Of a DNA stretch of 64,000 bases, positions 39,100 to 52,253 are shown piece by piece. Both the position numbers and the translations under genes were made by a program. The notes beneath the pieces were generated by a model, which was given only the letters and a program-made list of their open reading frames with translations, was not told the DNA's origin and ran no database searches. The first letter of the stretch is position 1. Each line of letters opens with the position of its first letter. The DNA comes from Vicugna vicugna (lineage: Eukaryota): contig MU058217.1 in assembly GCA_013265495.1 (NCBI GenBank), positions 310,001 through 374,000 of the forward strand. Reading direction: 5' to 3'.

Positions 39100-40330
39100 T
39101 GAACTTGATTCTGTCTTGGTGGTGGTGGTAGATTTTAGAGTCTGGCTTTGTGTAATAAACTGGGAAACTCACCAGGTGTTTCTATAGTGGTGCGATCTGA
39201 GCCTGGGTATTTCTTTATTGAGAGTTTGAATGACTTTGCCCATAAAACCACCTGGGTCCAGTGCCTTTTGGAAGGAGGTTATTTTTCAAAGTTTTTACTC
39301 ATTTTGGTAAAAGGTGTCCTCTGAAACCCTTTTGATCCCATGAGTCTTACGGAAGTCTTATTAGCATAGTTATAAATCATATGCTCTTGTATTAAATTTT
39401 TTTTCTACTATATTTGTCATGTTTATGTTTTCTAATTCTCAATTCTGAGCACTTGCGTTTTCTCTTACTCTCAAATTAGGCTGATCTGCCTTTTTTATTG
39501 TTGTGATTCTCCACCCCTCTACCACCCCCATCCCGACTGCCCTGACACACACTGAACCAGCTAGGGTTGCTAATGTCATCCTGTCTCCTAACTCATTAAC
39601 TTCTGTGGTCATATTTATATCCTTTTCTCATGCTTCCCTTTGATTTATTTTACTGGCTTTTAAAATTTGTTTCTAAATTCTTAAATTCTTAGTCCATTTA
39701 TTTTTATTCTCTTTGGCTTTGGTAATGAAATAATTAAGGCCATAGATTTTTCTCTAAATATAATTCAGGCCCTATCCCATTTGTTTTGATATGTGCTTCC
39801 TCATTATTTTCCAAATATTGTGTAATTATAGTTTAAAACTCCTCTGTGACCTGAGATTGCCTCAGGGGGCATTTTCCTAAATTTCTGAACGTTTGGGAGT
39901 CCGAGGGAGAGGAACCTTGCGTATTTGTTCTTTCATTATTAGTATCTATTTTAATTGCTTTCTGGTCAAAAAATGTGGCTTGTGTTATTTATGCCTTCTG
40001 CAATTTATTGATATTTTATTTGTGGCTTGAATATGCCCAACTCTTTTCTTTTTTTAATGTTCCATGGCTTCTTGGCAACAGATATTGTCTGTGTTTATAG
40101 GATATGACATTTAATACATCTAGTTCAATCAGCCAGCCTTTTAAATTAAGTTACCGAGATAGTCCACATCCTGACTTTTTGCCTACTAATCAGCCCCAGG
40201 CTGAGAGCTGTATATTAAGGTTTCCTACTGTTGTTTTTAGATCCTCCAGCGTTTGTGTTCTGTCCATGCCAGCCCTGTGCTCCTGGGTTAGTAAAAATTC
40301 CTCGAATGTTATACCTTCCTTTGGGTTTTA
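39100..40330 (-). mobile_element. Old L1M relic (T-rich)
   Basis: Long T-rich degenerate tract with L1 ORF2-antisense-like motifs (tttgatatgtg, tggtcaaaaaatgtggcttgtg, tgttccatgg). Confidence 0.6.
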
Positions 40331-42007
40331 TTCAGCACTAGTCTGGTGCTTGCCTGGCATAGCTCATGCCTGCATGAGTAGATTCTCTTTGACGACCTCA
40401 ACATTCTCCGATGCCCTTGGAATCCTGGCCCCTACCCACCCTGCCTTTACCTAGAGGACTGCTGGTGACTATCAACAGTTGGCTGGCCTCCTGAGGGCCC
40501 TGAGCGTGGCTGGCCATGCGGGGTTCATTTGCTGTTTCTTGTGGCTTCCCTAAGCCACTGCGCTGGGAGGCCAGCTCTGTGGCCAGTTTGCTGTCGCCCT
40601 GGAGTGTCTCTGCCCAATCTCCTTCTGGAGCATGGAACCAACAGGCAGATCAGGGAGAAACGCAGCCACCCGTGGGAATCTGCTGAGTGCATCTCTGCTT
40701 CCGGGTGGTCCTGGATTTTTGGCTGTAGTTGGTGGAGAATGGAAGCCTCCTCCAGCATGAAAAAGGCTCTTTGTGGGGTGGCCTTCACACCCCATTGCTC
40801 GACCCCAGCTTTGCAAATGGGCAGGTGGTAGTGACTTCAACCCTTCCTCCTCCCCTTCCTCCCTCACTGCAGAGTGCTCTCAGCTGGATGTCGGCTGGTG
40901 CATCTTTCTCCAGGCTGACCTGCAGTGTCTGTGTTGTAGCAAGTCCGCCAAACCCGGGGCCTGAGGAAGGCATGCTTTCCCGGTCTCCAGAGATCATGAG
41001 GCTTGAGGTTCAAGGCCACCAGATTCAGGAACAGAAGCAATGACCTTCCCTCTCTCCATCCCTCCCGTCTCTTGTCGTGGGATACTCTGTAATTTACAGA
41101 CCCCTTTTGCAAGTATTGTCTTGTTTGATTTTCATATCAACAAAGTAGATTTAGAGACGAGGTGGGATTGTCCCCATTTTACAGATTCAGAAACTGTGGC
41201 TCATGTAACTACACCTGTGAGAGGGCAGGACCGCCTCTGGAAACTGAGGATGCGTGGGCTGCAGTGTGTACCTGTGGTGTCAGGAGCAGGCAGCAATGAC
41301 AGGGAATTTGAATCGGCCACAATGGGAGTGTTGATGCCACAGAAATTGGCAAATGCTGCAGACCAGGCTCCCCATCCCCCCTTGGGGAGCAGGTGTATCA
41401 GCTCACGTTAGGAGTATGAGTGAGTGTCATAGGGGTAGAATTTTGGGGCCTTGAATTTTTTTTTTTTTGGTAAACTTTTAGGAGAACCATGACTCAAGAA
41501 GGATGTCATGTGATCCTCTGACTATTAATTGGAAAAGCCAAATTTCATGGAAACCAGTGAAGCCAGTCCTCTTTTCACTGTACTCACATTTCCCTAAGGG
41601 TGAGAAGGTCCTTAGGGAGAAATTCCTCAGTGGGATTTGCAGGAAGGTGGCAGCAGGACCATCTGAATCTGCAGAGAAAGATTGGACCCTCGAGCAGCAC
41701 CAGTGACCACAGCTGACTCAGCATTGTCTGCGGTGGCTGTTTGACTCCGACGATCTCAGCTTCTTCTACACATCTTCCTTTTCCTCTCTGGTCCAAAAGG
41801 AAACTTGGTCCCCCAGGAGTTCGGTAGTTGCGTGCTGGGGGTTAGAGAGAGGCTCTCAACCGATTTCCAGCTCCAGACACTGGGGAGATCCTGAGACGTG
41901 GTCCTAGCCGTGCACGACCCTTCAGAACCAGGCAATGAGGTGGGAGAAGGTCAGCGGTGCCCGCCTGTGGCCAGCACGGCGTCTGAGCGGTGTTTCTGTC
42001 CCCGCAG

Positions 42008-42093
42008 TGAATGGATACCACACGTCAGGGACCCCAGCGCACCCTCCCGAGACTGCCCACATGAGTGTCCGAAAGTCCACCGGTGATTCCCAG
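42008..42093 (+). CDS. GAS7: GAS7 coding exon (~exon 4, 86 nt)
   Basis: Acceptor tttctgtccccgcag|TG, donor CAG|gtaagg. Encodes (V)NGYHTSGTPAHPPETAHMSVRKSTGDSQ. Confidence 0.95.
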
Positions 42094-43999
42094 GTAAGGG
42101 GTCCTGTTTCGGGAGGTAGGGGGAGCCATTTAGGCAGAGCCAGGGAGGTGTCTTTAGGACGGGGATGCTGTGGGGATCCAGGGGGCTACAGCCCCGTTCT
42201 GCCCCAAGTAGAAAGTGGCTGGTGTCCGGGTCGTTCCAGCGTCCCATGGTTGGGGGAGAGCAGGCCGCTGTGGTCTGCTGGTTTTGTCTAGAAGCTGAGG
42301 GTGGTTTGGATGGGGTGATGGTGGTGGAATTACAGCTGCTCCATCCTGCTGTCTGGATTTCCCAGCACTCTGAAGAATGTGGACGAGGCCAGGCCATTTT
42401 CCTTTCTACCCGCCCTTTTCCCACCCCCAGACTTCGCCCAGAACGGAATTGAGTGAAACATTTGATCACATTTAACAATCTAGCAGGGCTGGCAATGGGA
42501 TGGAAGGCGGTGGGAGTATGTTTTCAGATTCCCAGGCTCCTTTCTCACGTGTCGTCTCCGCTGACACTTGTGCAAGCGCATGAGGCAAGTGTCAGCTCGA
42601 TGGCCGTGTTGCAGGTGAGGTCGCGGAGACTGGGTTCAGTGACTCACGCAGGTTGATACGATTACCAAGTGGTCAGACTAGACTTGATGCCAAGCCCCAT
42701 GGTTCTTCCAGTGGCATTCAGCCGTGTCTGAGGACCTGAGGACTGGTCTTCTGTGGTCCAGCCACGAGTTACCCAGATGTTCCTAACGAAGCCTCCACAC
42801 CAGCCCTTTCCAGGAGTTAAAATGCCATGCTCCCAGGGTGGTGGTGGTGGTGGTGGTGATGGTGACAGTAGCTGGTTGTTGTCAACAACGGTGGGTACTA
42901 CTTGCCATCACTGAGAGGAAGACCCTGTGGTCTGTGATGACGGTTGGCTCAAATGAGACACTTAGCTTTCATGCAGGCAAGAGTGTTAATTCTCAGAAAC
43001 CTAACTATGTTGTTGTCTTAGGAGGCTGAACATTGGGCTCAGGTCAGGTCAGTTCAAACTCTGGAAGAGAATTGGGACCTCTTACCTACAAGGCTCCTTA
43101 TACGCTGATGGGCTTACGAACCACCGGGCCTCTTATTAGACTGCAGATTCTGACTCAGGGGTCTAAGGAGGGGGCCTCACGAGCCCCCAGGGGATGCTGA
43201 TGCTGCTGGTGGGGGGACTGTGCCGAGGATCCAGGCAGTCAAGCGTGTCCCCTTCGCGCCCCCTCACAGCACCCCCCACAGCCCTGGCTTTATGTGTTAC
43301 CTGCAGGGCCCCCAAGTAGTCTTCTCATCGCAGCCTCTGTCGGTCTGTTTGAAATGAAGGGTATCTGCGCGCATCTGCGGCGGGTTTCCCTAAGACGCCA
43401 GCCGAAGTCGTGCTGTGGTTTACCGGCAGCTCAACAGGCTGTTCTCCCCTGGGCACCATCAGGAAGGATGATGGAAACTGCCCCTGCTGCCCACCATTAT
43501 TCTGCCTGCCTTCCCCCCTGGAACACGGCTCCCGCACCTGAAAGACCAAGCTGTCACCTAACGTTTAAAGCCCAGCCTTCTCGAAGCCAGTCTGACGGTG
43601 TGTGCTGTAAGCCTTTGACCCAGGAATTTCCCTTCCAGCATGTCCTTGGGGTACCTTCAGGGATTCTGATCTGTGTGTGAGGCTGTTCACTCAAGCTTTA
43701 TTTTCAGCCCTGCAACACTGGACCCAACCTAATTGTCCAACAACAGGGGACGGGTCAAACGGATTATGGCACTGACACCCACCCAGCCAGAGATGTCAGG
43801 CAGCGGTGAAAAACGCCTTCTTTGGAAGAAAATCGAATGATCCAGGAGAATGCTGAGGCCGTAATATGGAGTGGGAAAGGCAGAACAGAGCCGCGTGTCC
43901 AGTCCATCTTACTTGGGAGGAGGCAGTCTACCCATATGTGGAGACAAGTGGCTGGAAGACAGATAAGCCAGGACGTTGGTGGTGGTCTGTCTGCGTCTC

Positions 44000-44185
44000 A
44001 GACTGGGGTTCTCAGTTAGGGGGCGTCTGGCAGTGTTGGGGGACTCTGTGGTTGTCACTGCTGGGGAGGGGGTGCTGCTGGCACCCGGGCAGTGGGGGCC
44101 GGGGATGTTAGCCAGCACCCCACAAGTCGCAGGATGTCCCCACAACGAAGAAGTACCTAGCTAGGAAAAATGCCTGGGGCAGAGG
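44000..44185 (+). mobile_element. MER20 hAT transposon relic
   Basis: ggggttctcagttagggggcgtctggcagtg...ggttgtcactgctgggga...ggccggggatgtta...ccccacaacgaagaagta. Confidence 0.65.
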
Positions 44186-45479
44186 TTGAGACATCTTAGT
44201 CTGAGGTGATTTTTTTAAAATATACTTTTTAGTATTTTTAAAATGTAAAAGTTTACTTTTCCAGAAAGCACATACAGTGAGCATTCTAAAGCAAGGAGTT
44301 AGAGGCGAGGTGCTGGTCCCGGGCACACAGGGAAGGGCAGCTCTGGAGAACCAGGCCTGGGCGCTGCTTCAGGACGGGCGGGCTCCAGTGTGTTCTGTAT
44401 AGACGATAAGGTCGAGAGGGTGCGGCACCGTCCAAGTGACCAAAATAAACAGTGCAGGACGCAGAGAGAGCAAAGCCGCGTTCGTTCACCGCTTCCCAGA
44501 GCTGTAAGGTACAGTGTTATTCTTTTATACTGTCAAAGGGTCTGTGAGCTGCGGAGCTGCCTGACCACAGAGGCGCCAGAGGCCAACCATAGAGACAGGT
44601 TAAGCAGGGTTGGCGTTTACGGAGCGCGCTGGCAAATGGTCCCCGGAGTATATACGGCACACTTGAGCGTGCGTGGTATTTACTCCCGCTGCCCCAGGCT
44701 GCCGGCTGTAACTAAGGGCAGTTATCACCTGATAGTATTTAAAGAATGAATGAGTGAATGAATGAACACATGGCCATTGGAGATGCAGGGTCGGGGGTGG
44801 GTTAAGCACCTTTCTTTCTCTGTTACCAGCTAGCTGCCCCTCCTTGAGCAAACTAATCAGGAAAATTAGAATGTTGGGCAGGTGGGGGTCGTGTCTAATC
44901 TTCATGGAAACCAGGAGTGTGTCTATGCCGTCATGGGTGGGGTCTGATGGCTGGGTGCCCAGGAGCCCTGGGGTCGCCTGCCCTTCCCCTCCTTCTCCAG
45001 CTCTGGGAGACCTGACAGCTGGGCACAGGTGGTGGTGGTAATCTAGTGCCACCCAGTGGAGCTTTGCAAGTCTGCAGCCCTGGGGCGGGTTGCAGCCCTG
45101 CCTGGGTATTGGATATGTGGGGCCCACCTGTTTGGAGGTTGGGGGAATCATAGGCTGACAGTCTTGCTGGCCTCTGCGGAGACACGTTCTAGGCTGTCAC
45201 TTGCCTGCCTGCCTGCCTGCGGCTAGGGTGGTGGGAGCCCTCTTTGATCCCTGCACACGTACAGGGTGGACAAGGAACCTTCCCATCAGAGCCCAGGCCC
45301 TTTTGTGACCCACCTTTCAACTGTTCCAGCTTCCATGAGCTGCCCCCCCCCAAGGAAGGCTGTCTTTAGACGCAAGATAGAGGAAAGGGAACAGGACTAA
45401 GAGCTTGAAAACTTAAGGGACTCATTGGAGAAGGGAGCTCTAGATGGAGAAGGAGGTAAGATTCTGAGAGCTCATTTGC

Positions 45480-46000
45480 TTCATGGGGCTCCCCCTTCCC
45501 TCCTTAGTAAATATCACATGTTCTATAGAGCATCTCCGTCTTTGCTAGGCACCGAGTCATAGACAGTATAGCCCCTGTCTTGATGGAGGATAATAGCTGG
45601 TCCTGGAGAAAGACTGGAGATAAAGGATTATTTCATTTTGTCAGTGACAGGGCTGGAGGAAGTGTGTGCTCTGAGGACCTGACCAGGTGGTGATGGAAAT
45701 GTCGGGGATGGACTCTTTAAGAAAAGCTAAGACTGGAAAGATGAGCCAAGGTTTAACTTGGTAAAGAGGTGGTGGTAGGGGAACAGCATTCCAAGTGGAG
45801 GGAACAGCATATATGGATGCCTGGAGGCAGGGCAGAGAACAGTGATTTCACAGAACCCAGAGAGGCCGAGTAGAGCTGTGGTTTACTCTATTAGCTGGTG
45901 TAGGGAGGATGGAAGAGGTGACTGGAGGAGTCCTCAAGGCCTGCTGGGAGCCATGGAGGGGTTTCACGCTGGATCCCACCTGCTGAGAATGTGGGACCCG
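45480..46000 (-). mobile_element. L2 LINE relic
   Basis: cattccaagtggagggaacagcatat...ctggaggcagg...ggagccatggaggggttt. Confidence 0.6.
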
Positions 46001-46239
46001 GATTATTCACAGAGAAAGGAGACAGGGCTGAGAAGTCATGTGGACCAAGGGCTCACTGGATCGGCCGGGAGTGACCCACTGCAAGTCCACCTGGCACTGC
46101 CTTGTGTGTCCCCACAGTCTGTCGGTCCTCACAGTGACAGCATAGCAGCCCAGGCAAGGCTAGGAAACCAGGCTGGGGAGGGAGCTCAAAAAAAAGAGGA
46201 GGAGAAAAAGCTTCTAGAATCAGGAACGGGAAATTTAAA

Positions 46240-47660
46240 AAAACTAACTTTGGTCATGGATATCTGCAAACATATATGAAAGCAGAAGGAATATTATAAT
46301 AAAGTGCTATGGACCAGTCACTGAACTTCAGCAATTATTCTGCTGGTCTTGTTTCATTTATATTCCCGTCTCCTCTCCCTCCCCTCCCCCACCCCCTCAC
46401 TGGATTCCTTTAAAGCAAATTCATCACGTATTGTTTTAACTGTAAATATTTCAGAACATATCCCTAAGGATGAAGACATAACCACAGTACCATTAGCACA
46501 CTTTACGAAAACATGAACTCAATAGATCATCTAATACGTACGTGTGTAAGCCGTGTTTATGCTCCCCAGTTGTCCCCAGAATATCTTTCATAGCTGCTCT
46601 TCTCCGCAGCCCAGACTCCAGTTTTACACGTGGATGCATCAGTTGCTCTCTCTCGCTCTCTTTAGTTTCTCTTTTAAGAACAGCTTTGTGGAGATGTAAC
46701 TCATACAGCGTGCAGTTCACCCGTTTAAAATCGCATAGCGCAGAGGTTTTTAGTCTAGTCTCAGAGTTGTGCATCGAGCATCAAAATCAATTTCAGAACG
46801 TTTCCATCACCCCCAGAAGAGTCCCCCTAAGCCTTAGGCGACCACAGATGCACTTTCTGTGTCCATGTTCGCCTATTCTGGACGTTTCACGCACGTGGGA
46901 TCATGTCATACGTGGTCTTTGTGTGTGTCTGGTTACCATTTCATCCAGATTCTCGCTTTGTTTCGTCTCTTTTCATCTAGACTGTATTTCCTGCACATTT
47001 GTTCTTTTGTCTTTCCTCACTCTGACTCTTTTAGGGGAGAGTGCAGGTCAGTTGTCTGGTAGAATGACCTACGTTCTTGACTTGGCTGTTCCCTTTTGCT
47101 TGGGCTCAGGTTCAGCAGCTTTGGGGGCCTGTGGAATACTTTCCACTGCAGCCGTCAGGAGACACAGTCCCGGGTTGTCAGTGCTTTGTGCATGCGGGGA
47201 CCCCCCGAGTTCTCCCTGGCATGGGCACATTTTCCCTTCCGGATGTGTCAGTAGCCTCTGGGGTGGCAGGGTGAGGCCGCATACACATTCTGCTCCGGAA
47301 CGACCTTTTCACTCAGAGCTCCAAGCATCCCTGATGATCGTGACCCGAGTCTCTTGATACTGGGGTTCGCAAAAGGTGACTTTTGAAGTCCTTATACATA
47401 CTTTAATTGGTGTTCTGTAAGGAAATACGGCCCTCCCTCCCCCTCCATCTTTTGGAGTTAATATTTGAGGTCATTATTCATACTCACGCTCAGATGGTCC
47501 CAAGTTTGGCTTGTGGGAGCCCCCTTGAGCTGCCATCTGTGGCGTCATTCTTTGAACACTGTCTTACCTCCAAGCCCAGTAGGTGTTCCAGGTCCGCCTG
47601 GCACTGGGAATTAGCCGTTTCTCCAAGGAGCCCGTAAGGTCCCTTTTAGCTGGACAGTCA
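46240..47660 (-). mobile_element. L1MC-type relic with a nested L1MB fragment (~46670-46940)
   Basis: L1MC-like: aaccacagtaccatta, ccccagttgtccccagaatatcttt, ggtcccaagtttggc, attagccgtttctccaaggagccc. The insert has cagctttgtggagatgtaactcatacag. Confidence 0.7.
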
Positions 47661-48776
47661 GAGATGTCAGTCCTCATTAGTCAGCCAGGGGAGGCCTGGG
47701 TGGGGCCGAGGGGCTGAGGGCACCGTAAGCAGGGACTCCTCAGAGCTCCCCGCTTTGCCTGACGAGCAGTTGGGTTCCTGAGGCTCAGCCTGCCGGGTGG
47801 TCCAGGCTGTGCTGGCCCCGGGACGGGGCTGCTGGTTCCCTGAGTCTTGCTGGGGAGCCCCTTTGTGCTTTTTTCTGGGCCTTTCTCTGTAAAGTCCCAA
47901 CAGCCACTCCCTTCCATTTCACTAGAGACAGAATAAGGCCATGAGTCCCAGAACACCCACACGAGTGATGCCACCACAGTGCCTGCTCCCAGCTCGACAT
48001 GGGACTCGGGACAGGAGTGGGCACCCCATATCTGCTCAGGGACCCTTTTGAGTCCTTAATGTAATAACGCTGATTGTGGGACAACAAAGACTCAGAACTG
48101 AAGTCCCCTTTATGACCAATGTGGCGTGTTCACCTGGCAGTCCTTAATGTTTCATGCCAGGAGCCCCCTAGGTCCGGGGCAAGATGCTGAGGACCTGTGG
48201 GGTTGGTGGTACTTGGGATGGTGATTTTCTTGCTGGCAAAGGGAAGACATCAAAAACCAACCCAAAGTCTGAATGGAAGCCAGAACGCAGCCTCCCTGCT
48301 CCCGGGGTCGGGAGGGGGCCCAGGCACGGAGGTGGCCCAGCACCCCTGCCCACAGTGCTCGTGGTAGAGGGCGTGGTATGTTGGACCTGGGCAATTCGGA
48401 ATAAGATGTCATGTTCTGAATCCTCAGTGCCAGGAGGTGGTCTGCGATCTGCCTTAACTCTGTGCTCCCGGGTGGATTCTGTGGGTTCAGGCAGCATGCG
48501 GCGCATGGAACCGCTTACCAGCAGAGGGCAGCTGAGGGGTTAACTCCCCCAGCCACAGCGGGGAGAAGAGGAGGCAGACCTGGTTTGGAGCAGTTTCCTG
48601 CGAGCCTGTGCTGGAGGCTTCCTCCAATTTGCCTTCAAGCTGGGGCGCGAGAGACTCCTGCCTGCCTTCTCCCAGAATATGGTGACTTAGGGGGTTAACG
48701 GAGCATCCCCGAACTTCCCTGGCAAGGGGCTTTTAACCAGTCCCTCCATCTTCAGGGAAACTGAATGAAAGAGAGG

Positions 48777-48827
48777 ATGTCCAATATGGAGAGCAGCTTT
48801 GACGATGTTTCTTGCCTCTCTCCCCAG
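48777..48827 (+). CDS. GAS7: Alternative N-terminus of a short GAS7 isoform (5' extension of exon 5)
   Basis: Open and in frame with exon 5: MSNMESSFDDVSCLSPQ, with a further in-frame ATG at 48765 (MKERM...). It resembles the start of the short human GAS7 isoform as recalled (MSNMENSFDDVSCLSPQ). Confidence 0.75.
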
Positions 48828-48881
48828 AACCTGGGATCCTCGTCACCAGGCAAAAAGCAGAGCAAGGAAAACACCGTCACG
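48828..48881 (+). CDS. GAS7: GAS7 coding exon (~exon 5, 54 nt)
   Basis: Acceptor cttgcctctctccccag|AAC, donor ACG|gtaagc. Encodes NLGSSSPGKKQSKENTVT. Confidence 0.95.
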
Positions 48882-48948
48882 GTAAGCAGCTCCCGCGGAG
48901 CGCTCGCAGGTTGGGTGGCAGAATGGGGCTGTGGACCACGGCTGGGCT

Positions 48949-48962
48949 GTTGCCATGGCAAT
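48949..48962. promoter_or_regulatory. RFX X-box (GTTGCCATGGCAAT)
   Basis: 13/14 match to the RFX consensus, 67 nt downstream of the exon 5 donor. Confidence 0.65.
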
Positions 48963-49789
48963 GCAGACCGAGGAGTGGAAGCGATGCCCAGCCTGTAATC
49001 TGGGAAGTTCCAAAGCTTGGATGTAGCTGAAGTTTGCCCCCTGCCTCCTCCAACCAGCCCTTTGATTTCCCATTTCACTTTTTCTCTCTGGGCAAACAGG
49101 TGGAAGGATGGAGGTTGGAATCATGCAGAAGCCATTTTTGCGGGGCGGGCAGGGTAAGGAACGCATACAGGAGTGGGTTGGAGGGGGTGGACTGTGCTCT
49201 GAGCAAGTGACGTGACATGTAAATTACAGCCACGGCAGGGTGGCTTTTGTGCGGGGTAACTTCTGGAAGACGTCAAAGTTAACAGCAAGAGAATGCACCC
49301 TAAGAATAGAGTTCCTGGGAGTTCCTGACGGGAAGCAGGCAGCCTCTGCCTGGAGTGGCCAGACTGCCTCCCAGGGCCCTTCCACAGCCCGCCAGGCCCC
49401 CATCCCTGGCCCCAGGTCAGCCCCGTGCTCCTGAGGGAAAGTGGGCACTGGACGTCAGTGCCCCTCCAGGTAGAGAAACGACTTGCCCAGCTGCTCAAAC
49501 AGCCAAGAACTTGGAGATGTGAGACGTGTGGTTCTAGGCTTGCGGTTTTGACCCAAGTCTGCAGAGCTGGGGACGGGGAGTCGCTGGCTCAGTCTCCGTC
49601 ACACACTTCTGGCCATGCTGCTGACCCCCAGGGAGATGTAACTAAGAGTGGGTCCCCCGCCTGGGCTCCTGCAGGCAGAAAGTCCTGCTAGGGAGGAAGA
49701 AGAGCATTGGGCAAACAGTGGCAATAATAATTGCTGCCACCGCGTGTGCATTTATGGTGCGCCAGTGCAGGTGGCAGGACCAAGGCAGT

Positions 49790-50010
49790 GTGGTGACTGT
49801 GAACCTGGACTCTGAAGCCAGTGCCAGTCACAGCACCTACCAGCTGGGCAGCAGCCCAGGGCAAGGTTCCCGGTCTCTCAGTGTCCACATCTGTACAATG
49901 GGGTGACGGTGAGGCGTGCATGTCACAGGAATGGTGTATGGACTGAGTGAGTCTCAACGTGGAAAGCACTTAGCACTTAGCCTGGCACATGGTAAATGCT
50001 CAGTTCGCGC
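49790..50010 (+). mobile_element. MIR SINE
   Basis: ggactctgaagccag...tctctcagtgtccacatctgtacaatgggg...aaagcacttagcacttagcctggcacatggtaaatgctca. Confidence 0.75.
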
Positions 50011-52253
50011 TGGTCCCCTCATCACCCTGTTTACAGATGAGGGAACTGAGGCTCAGAGCAGTGCCTCACCCACACTCTCACAGCTGGAAAGCATAGGGGT
50101 TTGAGACCCATGCTCTGACCCACCAGCAGTGTCCCCGGTGGAGGGCAGGACCGGGTCGCTCAGCCCGCGTGGACCCGGGCCAGGGACAGCTCCCTTGGTA
50201 CCGGAGCTGATGGCCAGGCAGGGCGTGGACAGGTTCACAGGGCAGACCTCCCGAGAGCACAGTCCCCATCATCACAAAAAGCCCCAGAGGGCTGGGGCAA
50301 AGCAGGAGTTCCCACAGGTTCCTGAAAAGAGGGAGGAAAAAGTCTAAGAGAGGGGATATATTAGCATCATAGAAGAAAAGTGAATCCAATAGATTGAAAA
50401 GCAGTGTCTTATGCCTCCCAGAGTTGCTTAAAAGACCTTTGGGGATGGTGCCCAGCTCACCGGGAGTGGCCCGAGTCACCTGCTCTGGTCTGCCTTCCAG
50501 CCAGAGCTTGGGGCTTTCTCATAGTGGGCCCGCGTCTCCTGGCAACACATCTGGTCCATCCCTGCCTCACCGCCTTCCTGCCTCCTTCCCGCTGCCCTAA
50601 ATCAGTGCTCCTTACAAGGTAGCCTGCAAATTGGTTGGCATCTGACGCCTCTGGGATGCTTATTTAAGATGCAGGTTCCTCGGTGGAATCCTGGACCTAC
50701 AGTTGGTCTCTCTGGGGCCAGGCTGGGAACTTTGCATTGTAACCAACACTCCTAGAGGCTTTAAATAAACACTTGAGCCTCGGGGAATTTTTGCTGGGGA
50801 AACTGAGGGAGAGGCACAGGGTGAGTGAGGAGCAGAGCCCTGGACTCGAACCCAGGGCTGCCGGCTGCCAGCCGGTGGGGCTGAAGACCTCTGAGCCGCT
50901 GCTCTGTCCCTTCCACGGAGCCCTTGCTCTCCCTATGCCGGCCCCTTGCCCTGAGTCCTGACCCTCCAGAGCGCATGGTTGCCCTAGGAGGAGACCCTGC
51001 AGGGGAGGAGGCCAGGGCCCAAGCTCCGCTCTCCCCGTGCATCTCCTTAGGCAGTCTGACCCATGGAGCGGAAACTTTGCAGGCCTGCGTGGCGATGGGT
51101 GATGCAGCTAGATATCTGAGTCTGGCCGGCAGTGCAGTCAAGAAGCTCCCCAACTGACCTGGGCCAGGAGCAAGTTTTGAAAAGGCAGACACGTGGGCTT
51201 CTTGGCAGTGTCGGGGCCTCCCCCCGGGCAGGGCTGCTGTGAACGGGCTTGATTGGGAGTGACGGGCACTCACGGCAGGTTCCAGCCCTCGGCACAAACG
51301 TGATGCATCAGAAGCTGGAGGATTCCAGAAAGAATGGTAGACAGTAAGGCCACCCAGCCATGCTCCTGTCATAGAAAGAGGGATCTGGCTTTTGCCTCTG
51401 CCACACTCTCCCAGGTTAGCTTCCTGCCAGGAGGACATATGCAAAGTGCTGGAAAGATCTAGCCTAGTGCGTGGCCCCAAGTAGCCATTCAACAAATGTT
51501 TGCATGGACTGTGGACAAGCACGTGTTCCATTGCACAGCATCGTGGTTGAGTGCTTGAGCTCTGCAGTCAGCCCAGTCTGGGTGCAGATACTTCTATGAT
51601 CCTCAGGTAATAAAATGAGGCCAATGTGACCCAGCTCGTGGGGTTGCCAGGAAGATGAAGTGAGAATGCACCTAAAGCTCTTGGCAGGAATTCTCCCAGG
51701 AATCCCACAATGGGGCCAATGAGGTGCAGTCCTCGAGATGCCCACCAGGGGGTGCAGGGCTCTGGGAGGATTCAGGGAAACTGTGGTGGGATTGCTGGGT
51801 GTGAGAAACCCCAAAACCAGAGTTGACAGGGGTGGGGACAGGCACCCGGGGGGGGGAGGTGCACTGGCCAGTCCATCCAAGGACTGGTGTCCTCAGAGAG
51901 GGGGCAGAAGCCACAAGAGGGATGAGGCCTTACCCTCCCCTAACCCCTCTCCCCCACCCCCAATCTCTCTCCTCCAGTGGTTGTTACAGGGCCACTTGTG
52001 GGGACCCCCCCTCAACACACACACAGCCCAACCTTCTAGACCCCGGCCAGGGCACTCTAGAAGACCTTTATACCCACTGCTGGGCACCTTCAACCTCCCA
52101 CTTCCATGGTTCTTAATGCCCAGTGTAATGTCGTAGTTAATTTTTCATTAAATTTGCTTGAAATTTTCATGGACCACATTATTAAGCAAAATAAAGATGG
52201 GCTGTGACCATTGTTACTGTTGAAACAGAATAGGAAATAAGGAACATGTGAAA

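Noticed and set aside
46542..47357. 271-aa ORF on the + strand
   Set aside because: It lies in antisense L1MC/L1MB relics, lacks an ATG start and has no domain-like sequence.
50761..51531. 256-aa ORF on the - strand
   Set aside because: GC-rich intron overlapping MIR/MER5 relics; composition is typical of a chance ORF.
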